Part shown: positions 28,601 to 36,546 of the stretch, in pieces | How the letters are laid out: the number at the start of each line of letters is the position of its first letter | Position numbering within the stretch: position 1 is the stretch's first letter | Made by a program: the position numbers and the translations under genes | Source of the DNA: an uncultured Haloferula sp. | Lineage (GTDB): Bacteria; Verrucomicrobiota; Verrucomicrobiia; Verrucomicrobiales; Akkermansiaceae | Length of the DNA stretch: 64,000 bases | Direction: 5' to 3' | NCBI GenBank assembly: GCA_965652295.1 | Contig: CBFGTS010000005.1 | Location: 160,001 to 224,000, forward strand | The notes under the pieces: model-generated | What the model was told of the DNA's origin: nothing | Databases searched by the model: none | Seen by the model: only the letters and a program-made list of their open reading frames with translations

Positions 28601-28936
28601 GGAAATCCACGGCCCCGCCAACCCGACGAGCGCCGGTTTGATCACATCCTGCCGGTAGAAAAAATCATAGTCGCCGTTCGTCTTGTCCTGGCCGAGGAAG
28701 ATGCGGCCGCCGATTTCCGGAAGCATGACGAGGCGGATGAACCCGTTTTCCAAACGGGCGGATTGATAAGTTACGGGAACAACTTCGTCGTGGACCTTGT
28801 CGATGAAGGGAAGCGGATAGACCTTCCCGTTGGATCCCTGATAGACGCGCTTTTCGAAGAAGACCGGATTTTTCTCCGGCACCCCGACGGGATAGGTCGG
28901 GATTTCGAGGGGTTCGAGGACGGCTTTGACGTGCAT
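25622..28936 (-). CDS. DUF5107 + TPR-repeat protein (YphG-like), cytoplasmic
   Basis: KNPVFFEKRVYQGSNGKVYP, LPEIGGRI, WISGGVEFNWPQHHRP, GKKQWTWG and ELMAGVYTDNQPDF; helical TPR C-terminal half; no signal peptide. Confidence 0.9.
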   Translation of the reverse strand: MHVKAVLEPLEIPTYPVGVPEKNPVFFEKRVYQGSNGKVYPLPFIDKVHDEVVPVTYQSARLENGFIRLVMLPEIGGRIFLGQDKTNGDYDFFYRQDVIKPALVGLAGPWISGGVEFNWPQHHRPGTFMPTDVHIEREADGAATIWMSEHDPLDRMKGMHGIRLRPRSSLIELRARLYNRTPFTRTFLWWANVAAMVHDRYQSFFPPDVHYVADHAVRALSSFPVANNPYYGIDYQNRPGANDLSWYKNIPVPTSYMVCQTGFDFFGGYDFAANGGFVHVADRHIAPGKKQWTWGNHPFGRTWDRELTDTNGPYVELMAGVYTDNQPDFTYLLPYETKTFSQFWWPIRDIGPVQQANTRAAIALSIRDDRTIILGLNVSESFEGTLVISGNRGVLGRFDIALKPGAAWTDESLRFDGENPAELLAELRDTHGTLVLDYRPVDVSTLTRDRAQAIEPPAAKEIDSADELYFIAEHLEQYRHPTRDPEPYLRRCLEIDPLDARANLALGKRHLSRGRLAEARAFLKTAIARLTSRHPNPVTGEAHYFLGLTLRFLGEDATAESLLAKAAWNYEWRSSSHYQLAAIACRRRDFNRALHHLDESLATNRDHNKAKILKALALHRLGRKDEALAILDALLASDPLDHWATVAADFIRHAEIRIPAACRNDAQTILDLVFDFVEAGFTDEALPLLDAHHDAPVEPTAVPNPLSRSPMTRYLRAHLSGDPSDLATAHACKADHFFPSRLGEMLVLEWALAQPGADPLAAYGLGNLLFDRRRHTDAIAAWETAARAGTTISQVHRNLGIALWNHARDAERAAACYAKAMELDPGDARLVVEADQLAKKQNRPPEERLAFLSTHRELVLQRDDATVELAALLNLTGQHRQALDLLLSRRFHPWEGGEGTVLRQYTAARIALGREALERGDAAAAHREFLLATDTPESLGEAYHPLQAKADVNYWIGSSLRKLGRVSEADAAFEASASEDGDFTNMAVSAHSPLSYFRGLSLKALGRNEDGDEVFRDMIDHARAMLAEPAKIDYFATSLPNLLVFDEDLQARRDAGAQLLIALACHGLGRLDQAAAAIDKVLAFDAAEPRAVELQSQLQVTPSA

Positions 28937-28943
28937 GGAGGGA

Positions 28944-30515
28944 TCAGCGGAAAATGAAGAACAGGACGGCGACGCCGGCGATCACCAGGGCGGCGGCGAT
29001 TTTGACAATGGGCTCGGTGTTGAGGGCGATGTCCTCGCGGACCGGGAGTTTCCGAGGCCCCGGCAGGGGGCGGGCGAGGGTGATCGCGACCATCGTGGCG
29101 AAGACGACGGAGAAGGCGCAGAGGACCTGGGTGAGGTAGTGCATTTCAAACCACGGCGTCTCCAGCACGCGTTGGAAGAGCCCTTGTTTCGTGGCAACTT
29201 GAAAAAACGAATAGGCGAGCGGTCCGAGGATCAGGGCGGTGAGACCGGCCGCAGCGGGGGCGCGGGGCAGAAGAAACGCCCCCAGAAAGGCCCCGACCAC
29301 GCCGGGCCAGATGAACCCCTGGAACTGCTGGATGAAGCCGAACACGCCGTCGGTCAGCAGCGGCGCGGTCAGACAGCCGATCACCACGAAGGTGACCGTC
29401 AGCACCCGCCCAAGGAGGACGATCGATGCCTGGGAGGCGCGCGGCCGGATGAGGCGCTGATAGATATCGATCGATGCGATGGTGGAGGCGGAATTCAGCA
29501 GTGAGGCCAACGTGGAAACGATGGCTCCGGCGACGGCGGCGAAGATAAAGCCGCGGAGTCCGGGGCCAACGAGGTGCTTGATGAGCGTGGGGTAGGCGGC
29601 GTCCGCCTTGTCTACGAGTTCGTCCGGATAGAGGTTCGAGGCCATGATGCCGGGCATGACGATGGCGAAGGGGACGAGCAGCCACAGCGCGCCCGCGAAG
29701 ACCATACCGAGCTGGCCATCGCGCAGGGTCTTGGCGGCGAGGTTCCGCTGCACGATGAACTGGTTCAAACCGCAGTAGTAGATCATCACGATCCACATGC
29801 CGGTGAAGACCGTGTGCCGGGGGAGTTCCGCATACCCGGGATGATCGGGGGGCAGGAGCAGCTTGAGTTTGTCCGGATTCGCGGCGGAGAACGCGTCCCA
29901 GCCGCCCGAGGCATCCAGCCCGAGGAAAAAGACGATCATGCCGCCGGCGAGCAGGGAAAGGCCCTGGATGAGGTCGGCGTAGGCGATGGCCTTGAGACCG
30001 CCGGTGGCGGCGTAGAGGGTACCGATGGCACCGATGATCCACACTCCGGTGCCCATCGGAATGCCGACCAGGATCTTGAGCGCGGTGGCGCCGGTGTAGA
30101 GCACGGCGGTGAGCAGCACGCCGACGTAGATCACCACGGTCAGGACGGCCATCACGCTGCGGGTTGCGCGGCTGTAACGGTATTCGAGGAACTCGGGCAT
30201 CGTGTAGATGCCGGCGCGCAGGAAACGGGGCAGGAGCGTGATGGCGATGATGGCGATGAACACCGAACCCATGAGCTGCCATGCGGCGACGGCGAGACCT
30301 TGGTTCGCTGCTCCGGCCCCGGCCATGCCGACCATTTGCTCCGAGGAGATGTTCGCGGCGACGATGGAAATGCCGATGATCGGCCAGGTCAACGAGCGGC
30401 CGCCGAGGAAGTAGTCGCTTTCCTTTTCGTCCCGAACAGGCCGGCTTTTCCAGAGGCTGACGCCGATGACGATGATGAAGAAGCCGACGAAAGTGGCCAG
30501 GTCGAGCGGGTTCAT
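28944..30515 (-). CDS. Sodium:solute symporter (SSS/SLC5) sugar transporter
   Basis: Many TM helices; YFLGGRSLTW...AANISSEQMVGMAG, IYTMPEFLEYRY, GGLKAIAYADLIQ and NQFIVQR. Confidence 0.93.
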   Translation of the reverse strand: MNPLDLATFVGFFIIVIGVSLWKSRPVRDEKESDYFLGGRSLTWPIIGISIVAANISSEQMVGMAGAGAANQGLAVAAWQLMGSVFIAIIAITLLPRFLRAGIYTMPEFLEYRYSRATRSVMAVLTVVIYVGVLLTAVLYTGATALKILVGIPMGTGVWIIGAIGTLYAATGGLKAIAYADLIQGLSLLAGGMIVFFLGLDASGGWDAFSAANPDKLKLLLPPDHPGYAELPRHTVFTGMWIVMIYYCGLNQFIVQRNLAAKTLRDGQLGMVFAGALWLLVPFAIVMPGIMASNLYPDELVDKADAAYPTLIKHLVGPGLRGFIFAAVAGAIVSTLASLLNSASTIASIDIYQRLIRPRASQASIVLLGRVLTVTFVVIGCLTAPLLTDGVFGFIQQFQGFIWPGVVGAFLGAFLLPRAPAAAGLTALILGPLAYSFFQVATKQGLFQRVLETPWFEMHYLTQVLCAFSVVFATMVAITLARPLPGPRKLPVREDIALNTEPIVKIAAALVIAGVAVLFFIFR

Positions 30516-30534
30516 GAGTTTCTGGGTTTCCTCT

Positions 30535-30594
30535 CTTATACGTCGCGGCGTGTGGACGCACCATGGAGGATTGGATGAAATGAATGGACATTCC
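30535..30594 (-). promoter_or_regulatory. Putative AraC-activated promoter of the symporter operon
   Basis: Minus strand carries GAATGTCCAT and AATCCTCCAT, with the TCCAT cores exactly 21 bp apart, followed 22 nt later by a -10-like TATAAG and an AGAGG SD. Confidence 0.5.
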
Positions 30595-30621
30595 GATGGT
30601 TTTCAGGAGTCTCCTCGAAGC

Positions 30622-31509
30622 ATGTCCGCCGATGAGCCGACCCGCCAGGAGGGTTTCCCCGGGCAGCGTTTGGTGGTGGTGCCACCGACGCTCGTAAAGC
30701 GGGCCCTGAAGGCACCGATCACGCGGGACCTGTGCGTGACGCACATCGGTTCCTTCATCGCAGCATCCTCGCATTCGGTTCGGCGTCCGAAGGGTGCTGC
30801 GCAGCATGTGATGATTGGCTGTGTGGCGGGAAAGGGGAGCGGCTCGGTGGAGGGCAGCGAATGGCGGCTGGGGCCGGGTGAGCTGGTCTTCCTGCCGCCG
30901 GGACGGGAACACCACTATCGCTCGGACGGTGAGCGACCATGGACAATCTTCTGGGTTCACTTCCAAGGAAAGCGGGCAAGGGATTATCTTGGGATGTTAG
31001 GAATGGCTGGCGAGGTCGGGGTGGTGAAGCTGGACGCGCCGCGGAGCGTGACGGAGGCCTTCGAGGACACCATCCGGCATACGGTTCACGGCTTCAGTGA
31101 GTTGGCGATGCTCGGAATGTCCACGGCGTTCGCACGTCTGTTGGGCTTGGTGCGGGTTCACCAAAGCCGCTTGGGCGGCAGGACGCGCGGCGGCGAGCTG
31201 CGCGTGCAGAACGCGCTTTCGAAGATGAGAGGTGACTTGGCGCATGCGTGGTCGGTCGAGGAACTCGCGGCGCTGGCGGGCATGAGCGTGCCGCATTTCA
31301 CCGACCGTTGCCGGCAGCAGAGCGGCATGCCGCCGCTGGCGCTGCTGATCCGCCTGCGCTTGCAGAAGGCGATGGAGCTGCTCCACAGCGGCACCTGCAA
31401 CGTCAGCGAGGCCGCCCAGGCCGTGGGCTACAGTGATCCCTTTTATTTCTCGCGGCTTTTCAAACGCCACATGGGAGTGGCTCCCAGCGCCTGCCGCGCC
31501 GGGGAGTGA
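30622..31509 (+). CDS. AraC-family transcriptional regulator
   Basis: EGFPGQR; cupin motif HHYRSDGERPWTIFWVHF; HTH motif VSEAAQAVGYSDPFYFSRLFKRHMGVAPS. Divergent from the symporter. Confidence 0.93.
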   Translation: MSADEPTRQEGFPGQRLVVVPPTLVKRALKAPITRDLCVTHIGSFIAASSHSVRRPKGAAQHVMIGCVAGKGSGSVEGSEWRLGPGELVFLPPGREHHYRSDGERPWTIFWVHFQGKRARDYLGMLGMAGEVGVVKLDAPRSVTEAFEDTIRHTVHGFSELAMLGMSTAFARLLGLVRVHQSRLGGRTRGGELRVQNALSKMRGDLAHAWSVEELAALAGMSVPHFTDRCRQQSGMPPLALLIRLRLQKAMELLHSGTCNVSEAAQAVGYSDPFYFSRLFKRHMGVAPSACRAGE

Positions 31510-31725
31510 CATCTCACGCAGGTGCAGGAACTGTGCTTTAGCTTCTGATTTTCAGGAGGGCCGACAACGGGTCCGATGAGCCTGCGGAGGTTTTCCCCTT
31601 AAGATCGGAAGGACTGCGGCCATTGCGGCGGTCCGTAGCGAAGAAGACCGCCCGCTGGTGCGACAGCTTGAGATCCCGATCGTTCATCTCTCCAGCTGGG
31701 ACGTCGATCTCCATGACATTCCCCG

Positions 31726-31751
31726 TGTCGGCTCCCGGCCCCTTGCTCGTC
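31726..31751 (+). promoter_or_regulatory. Candidate ECF43-type promoter
   Basis: TGTCGG-N16-CGTC upstream of 31884 and immediately followed by the operator motif. Confidence 0.4.
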
Positions 31752-31757
31752 CTTCCG

Positions 31758-31772
31758 ACTTAACCGGACAAG
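31758..31772. promoter_or_regulatory. Putative repressor operator, copy 1
   Basis: ACTTAACCGGACAAG, identical to 60773-60787. Confidence 0.65.
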
Positions 31773-31883
31773 CCCCAAGGCCATTTCTTTGCCTTGGCGT
31801 GCACGCTATGCCCGTCGCCTTGGACTTCGCCTCGGATCTCATCCTTGGCTGGGGTTCATGATAAAACCTGTGCTATTCAACAT

Positions 31884-34800
31884 ATGAAACCCATCCGTTT
31901 CGTCTCTCGCTCGGCCGTCGTCACGTCGTCCTTGCTGACGCTCTCCGTAGCTTCGCCCATTTTCGCCGCGAGCGATTCGTGGGATGGCTCCACCGACTCC
32001 CTCTGGGAAACCGCCACCAACTGGTTGACCGATACCGCGCCGCCCGGGGCCGGTGAAACGGCGACCTTCAACGGTCCCGGCAATGGCAACACCACCATTG
32101 ATCTTGGCCTGGGTGTGACCCTCGGCTCGCTCGTTTTCGACACCCCTTTGGCCGCGCCCTATGCGATCGGCACGGACGCGGACGGCAGTCAGGTGCTCAC
32201 CCTCGACACCACCGGCAACGCCATCGCGATGAACCTGGGCGTGGCGAACGACCAGCTGGTCAACGCCGATCTGGACCTCACCGTCACCCGTACGGCGGCG
32301 ACACCCGGAACCTATTATTCCGTGGTCAATGACAGCCTCACGAACGCCCTCACCCTCGCCGGCAACATCAGCGCCAGCACGACTGGCGTGAAGGTTTTGA
32401 ATCCGACCGGCAGCGGAAACCTGCTGGTTTCCGGTGCCATCACGCCCGGCAGCGGCAGCATGAGTATCTTCAAGACCGGCACCGGTACGCTCACCCTCTC
32501 CGGTGGCGGCACCTTCAGCGGAGCCGGCGTGACGGACGGCGCTAATTTCGCTTCTTCGGCGGTTTTTCGTGAAGGAACCACCATTCTCTCCGGAGGCGCC
32601 TACACCAATTCGAACGGGGAACTCGTCATCGGCGGCGTGGTCACCCATGGCGGTGCCGGCACCGACACCACGCTCCAGCTCGACAACGACGCCACCCTCT
32701 CCGGCATGAACTGGTTGAGCATCGGGCGCGGCAACGGAACCGGTGCTGTCTCCTCCAATCTCATCCTCAATGACACCTCGTCGGTCTCGGCCGAACGCAT
32801 GAGCGCTGGCTTCAACGCCGGCAACGCCGCCAATACGCCCAAGGGCGCGATCGCCTTGAATGGCGACTCCTCATTGAGCATCAGCCAGAAGGATATCAAA
32901 GTCGGTGAGTCCGTTGGCTCGGACTTCACCGTGACGGTCAATGACAACGCGACCGTGACCCAATCCGGAACCGGGGACACCTTTGGTGACCAATCGACAG
33001 CGGCACTCCAGATCGGGAGGGAAGGTACGGGCGCAGTGATCATGAACGGCGGCACCCTCACCACGCCGTCCACCGACCTTGCCCGCGGGGTGAACAACGC
33101 GTCCGCCCAGAACGGAACGCTCACGATCAAGACGGGCGCCACCTACAACAACCTCGGCGATTTCCGCACGGGCTTCGCCGGTGGCGCCAGCAGCCAGGCC
33201 CATCTGAATCTTGAGGGCGGCACGCTCAACATCGGAGCCACGACCGCACGCACGCTGTACGTCGGCACCTGGGACCTCACCCAGTCAACCGTCACCATCG
33301 ACGACGGCAATCTCAACCTGAACACGAACAGCAGTATCCGCTTCAACCAACGGACCGGGACCGGCGCGAAAGTGATCAATTTGAACGGGGGAGCCATCAC
33401 GTCGTTCAGCGACGATCAAACCACCGCGAACGGTTCCGGCGTTCTGGACCTCATGCTGCAAGGCGGGGGCGGCTCCAACAACACCTTCAACCTCAATGGC
33501 GGCACGCTCACCGTCCGCCAGGTGGTTTCCTCCACGAACAATGGCACCCGCACCTTCAACTTCAACGGCGGCACGCTCAAGGCCACCGGGGACACGACCA
33601 ACTTCTTCAATCTCGGCACCGCCAACGCCCGCGCGAACGTGCGCGACGGCGGAGCGGTGATCGACACCAATGACTTCAACGTCACCCTCGTCCAGCCGCT
33701 GGACCACAGCAACATTGATGGTGACAACGCCACCGACGGCGGCCTCACCAAGCAGGGAGCCGGCACGCTGACGCTCTCCGGCACTTCCCTCTACACGGGG
33801 CCCACCACAGTTTCGGCTGGCGAACTGAAAGTCACCGGGGATACCACCACCAGCCCGCTGGCGCTCGGTGCCGCCACCCTCAGCGGCAACGGCTTCGTCG
33901 GTCCGGTCACCGTCAATGATCCTGCGGCGGTCATCGCCAATGGCGACGCCAACACCGACATCCTGAGCCTGGACGCCCTCACGTTCACCGCTGCGGGCAC
34001 GGCGAACCTCAATCTCCTGGACGACATCGATCCGGCCGTCGACGTCACCAACAACCTGGACATCGGCACCGGTTTCACGGTGAACGTCACCACCGCTCCC
34101 GCCTGGGTCAACGGCCAGACCTACGAGCTGATCTCCTATGGATCACTCACCGGCTCCCCGGCCAGCATCGTCAAGGGCACCATCGCCGGCCTCGGCGCCC
34201 GCCAGACCGCGACTGTCGGCGATTCCGGATCGGCCATCACGCTGACCATCTCCGGCGATACCCCGGTGTGGATCGGTGCCGAAAACAACGCCTGGACCAC
34301 CGTGCCCGTCGGTGGAGCCAAAAACTGGGAACTTCAGGACGGTGGAACTGCCACCGAGTTCCAAGCCAACGATCAGGTCCGTTTCGACGACACCGCTTCC
34401 GGGACCACCGACATCGACATCCCGACGGCCAACGTGCCGGTGGCATCGGCCGTCTTCGACAACGATGGTGCCGAGAACGGCGGACGCGACTACACGATCT
34501 CCAGCAGCGGCGGGTTCGGCATCACCGACGGTGCCGGCTCGGCCAACCTCGTCAAGAACGGCTCGGGATCCGTCACCCTGAACACCGTCAACAGCTACAC
34601 GGGCACCACCACCATCAACGACGGAACGCTCCAGCTGGGCAATGGCACCACCGATGGCGACATCGCCACCAGCTCCTCCATCATCAATGACGGCATCCTC
34701 GTCTTCAACCGCAGTGCCGGCTCGTTCACCTATGGCAACCCGATCAGCGGCTTTGGCGAGATCGTCAAGGACGGCCCCGGAACCCAGATCCTTTCCGGCA

Positions 34801-36230
34801 CCAACACCTTTTCCGGCGACATCACGATCCAAGCCGGCATCCTGCAGGTTGGAAACGGCGGCACCACCGGCACCCTCGGAACTTCCTGGGTCATCAACAA
34901 CGCCAGCCTCGCCTTCAACCGCTCCAATGCCTTCACCTTCAACGGAGTCATCGAAGGCACCGGTACCGTGACCCAAGCCGGCACCGGCGCGGTGACCTTC
35001 TCCGGAGCCAACACCTATAGCGGCGGCACCACCATCAACCCCGGCAGCATCCTCCTGATCGGCGCGAACGACGCGTTGGGCACCGGCGCGGTCACCCTTT
35101 CCGATGGCGCAGCCCTCGGCGCCAACCCCGGAGGCACTCTTCCGAATGCCATCGTGGCTCCGGCGGATACGACATCGGCGCTGACCACCAACGGCGGAAA
35201 CCTCACCTTGAACGGGGACCTGAGCGGCAGCGGTCGTGTCAACCGAACTGCCACCGGGGGAGCGGCCACTGTTTTCCTGGGCGGCGACAATTCCGGCTAC
35301 ACCGGCATCTTCTCGGTGGAAAACAACGGCAATGCCGCCACCCGCTTCACGGCGGCCAGCGCCGGCAGCGCGAACGCCCGATGGGTGAACAACAATCCCA
35401 CCAATGGCCGTGTCACGGTTGAGTTCGGAGGCGGCACCATCCAGTTCGGCTCCCTCACGGGCACCGGTTTCCTCAGCGCGCAACTTGAGGGGACGAACAC
35501 CATCGAAGTCGGAAACCTCGGTTTGAACGAATTGTATGCCGGCGTGCTCAATCAGGTGGGGACCGGCACCCTGGCCGTCACCAAGGTCGGCACCGGCACC
35601 TGGACGCTCACCGGCACCAACGCCTACACCGGAGCCACCACCGTCAATGGCGGCGTGCTCGCCACCGGTGGCAACTCGATTCCCAACAATGGCAAGCTGG
35701 TCATCAACGGCGGCAAGGTCCAAACCACCGGTGCCGAAGTCGTCGATACCCTCTTTTTCGGCACCGCCCAACAAGCCGCTGGCACCTGGGGAGCCCCCGG
35801 CTCCGGAGCGGACAACATCGACGACACACACTTCGCCGGCGTCACCGGCGTCGTCAGCGTCACCACCGGCCCCGCCGGAAATACCTATGAAGATTGGGCC
35901 GATGCCAACGCTCCGGGCCAGACCATGGACCAGGACCACGATGGCGATGGCGTGCCCAACGGCATCGAATACTTCATGGGTGAAAGCGGCTCCACCTTCA
36001 CCGCCAATCCCGGTCCGGTGAACGGCACCGTCACCTGGCCGATGGGTGCCGACTACAGCGGCGTCTACGGCGCCGATTACGAAGTCCAAACCTCGCCTGA
36101 CCTCGTGATCTGGACCCAGGTTCCCGAAGGAACCGGCGACAACACCGTCACCATCACCGCCGCCACCTCGGTCGCCTACGACATGCCCACCGGCGGCAAG
36201 CTGTTCGTCCGCCTCGTCGTCAACAACTAG
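31884..36230 (+). CDS. Autotransporter-associated beta-strand-repeat (PATR) surface protein, without a beta-barrel, carrying the shared C-terminal domain
   Basis: Signal peptide; repeats GLTKQGAGTLTLSGTSLYTGPTTV, LVKNGSGSVTLNTVNSYTGTTTINDGTL and VTKVGTGTWTLTGTNAYTGATTV; DHDGDGVPNGIEY; ends YEVQTSPDLVIW...GKLFVRLVVNN. Confidence 0.9.
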   Translation: MKPIRFVSRSAVVTSSLLTLSVASPIFAASDSWDGSTDSLWETATNWLTDTAPPGAGETATFNGPGNGNTTIDLGLGVTLGSLVFDTPLAAPYAIGTDADGSQVLTLDTTGNAIAMNLGVANDQLVNADLDLTVTRTAATPGTYYSVVNDSLTNALTLAGNISASTTGVKVLNPTGSGNLLVSGAITPGSGSMSIFKTGTGTLTLSGGGTFSGAGVTDGANFASSAVFREGTTILSGGAYTNSNGELVIGGVVTHGGAGTDTTLQLDNDATLSGMNWLSIGRGNGTGAVSSNLILNDTSSVSAERMSAGFNAGNAANTPKGAIALNGDSSLSISQKDIKVGESVGSDFTVTVNDNATVTQSGTGDTFGDQSTAALQIGREGTGAVIMNGGTLTTPSTDLARGVNNASAQNGTLTIKTGATYNNLGDFRTGFAGGASSQAHLNLEGGTLNIGATTARTLYVGTWDLTQSTVTIDDGNLNLNTNSSIRFNQRTGTGAKVINLNGGAITSFSDDQTTANGSGVLDLMLQGGGGSNNTFNLNGGTLTVRQVVSSTNNGTRTFNFNGGTLKATGDTTNFFNLGTANARANVRDGGAVIDTNDFNVTLVQPLDHSNIDGDNATDGGLTKQGAGTLTLSGTSLYTGPTTVSAGELKVTGDTTTSPLALGAATLSGNGFVGPVTVNDPAAVIANGDANTDILSLDALTFTAAGTANLNLLDDIDPAVDVTNNLDIGTGFTVNVTTAPAWVNGQTYELISYGSLTGSPASIVKGTIAGLGARQTATVGDSGSAITLTISGDTPVWIGAENNAWTTVPVGGAKNWELQDGGTATEFQANDQVRFDDTASGTTDIDIPTANVPVASAVFDNDGAENGGRDYTISSSGGFGITDGAGSANLVKNGSGSVTLNTVNSYTGTTTINDGTLQLGNGTTDGDIATSSSIINDGILVFNRSAGSFTYGNPISGFGEIVKDGPGTQILSGTNTFSGDITIQAGILQVGNGGTTGTLGTSWVINNASLAFNRSNAFTFNGVIEGTGTVTQAGTGAVTFSGANTYSGGTTINPGSILLIGANDALGTGAVTLSDGAALGANPGGTLPNAIVAPADTTSALTTNGGNLTLNGDLSGSGRVNRTATGGAATVFLGGDNSGYTGIFSVENNGNAATRFTAASAGSANARWVNNNPTNGRVTVEFGGGTIQFGSLTGTGFLSAQLEGTNTIEVGNLGLNELYAGVLNQVGTGTLAVTKVGTGTWTLTGTNAYTGATTVNGGVLATGGNSIPNNGKLVINGGKVQTTGAEVVDTLFFGTAQQAAGTWGAPGSGADNIDDTHFAGVTGVVSVTTGPAGNTYEDWADANAPGQTMDQDHDGDGVPNGIEYFMGESGSTFTANPGPVNGTVTWPMGADYSGVYGADYEVQTSPDLVIWTQVPEGTGDNTVTITAATSVAYDMPTGGKLFVRLVVNN

Positions 36231-36369
36231 ACCTGCCGACAACGTAAATTTTCCTCTGGAGGATCGCTCCTCTGAAGGACTTGCCGGCCGTCGCGGGTTA
36301 TGGGTTTTCCTGCGACGGTCGGTTCGTTTTCGGCCCCGCCACTCTCCACCTTTTTCATTCATCGAGCCA

Positions 36370-36384
36370 AGTTAACCGGTCAAG
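36370..36384. promoter_or_regulatory. Putative repressor operator, copy 2
   Basis: AGTTAACCGGTCAAG, a 13/15 match to the other copies, upstream of the glycosidase operon. Confidence 0.6.
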
Positions 36385-36546
36385 GTGCTCCGCCGATATT
36401 TCGGGTGGGCCGGGTCGTATCTCTGCCATGAATTTCGTCGTTCCGTTCCCGATTGCGCACTGTCGCTGAATCGAATGCCTTCGAAAATCGTCTCCAACTC
36501 TTCGCTGCCCGCCATGGCTCCAAGCCGGAAACTCAATGCACGCACC

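Noticed and set aside
26783..28957. 724-aa plus-strand ORF, and similar long antisense ORFs (15108-16997, 34143-36362, 45453-47906, 49543-52845, 54495-56624)
   Set aside because: Shadow frames opposite well-supported genes. They are expected from high-GC codon bias and have no recognisable motifs.
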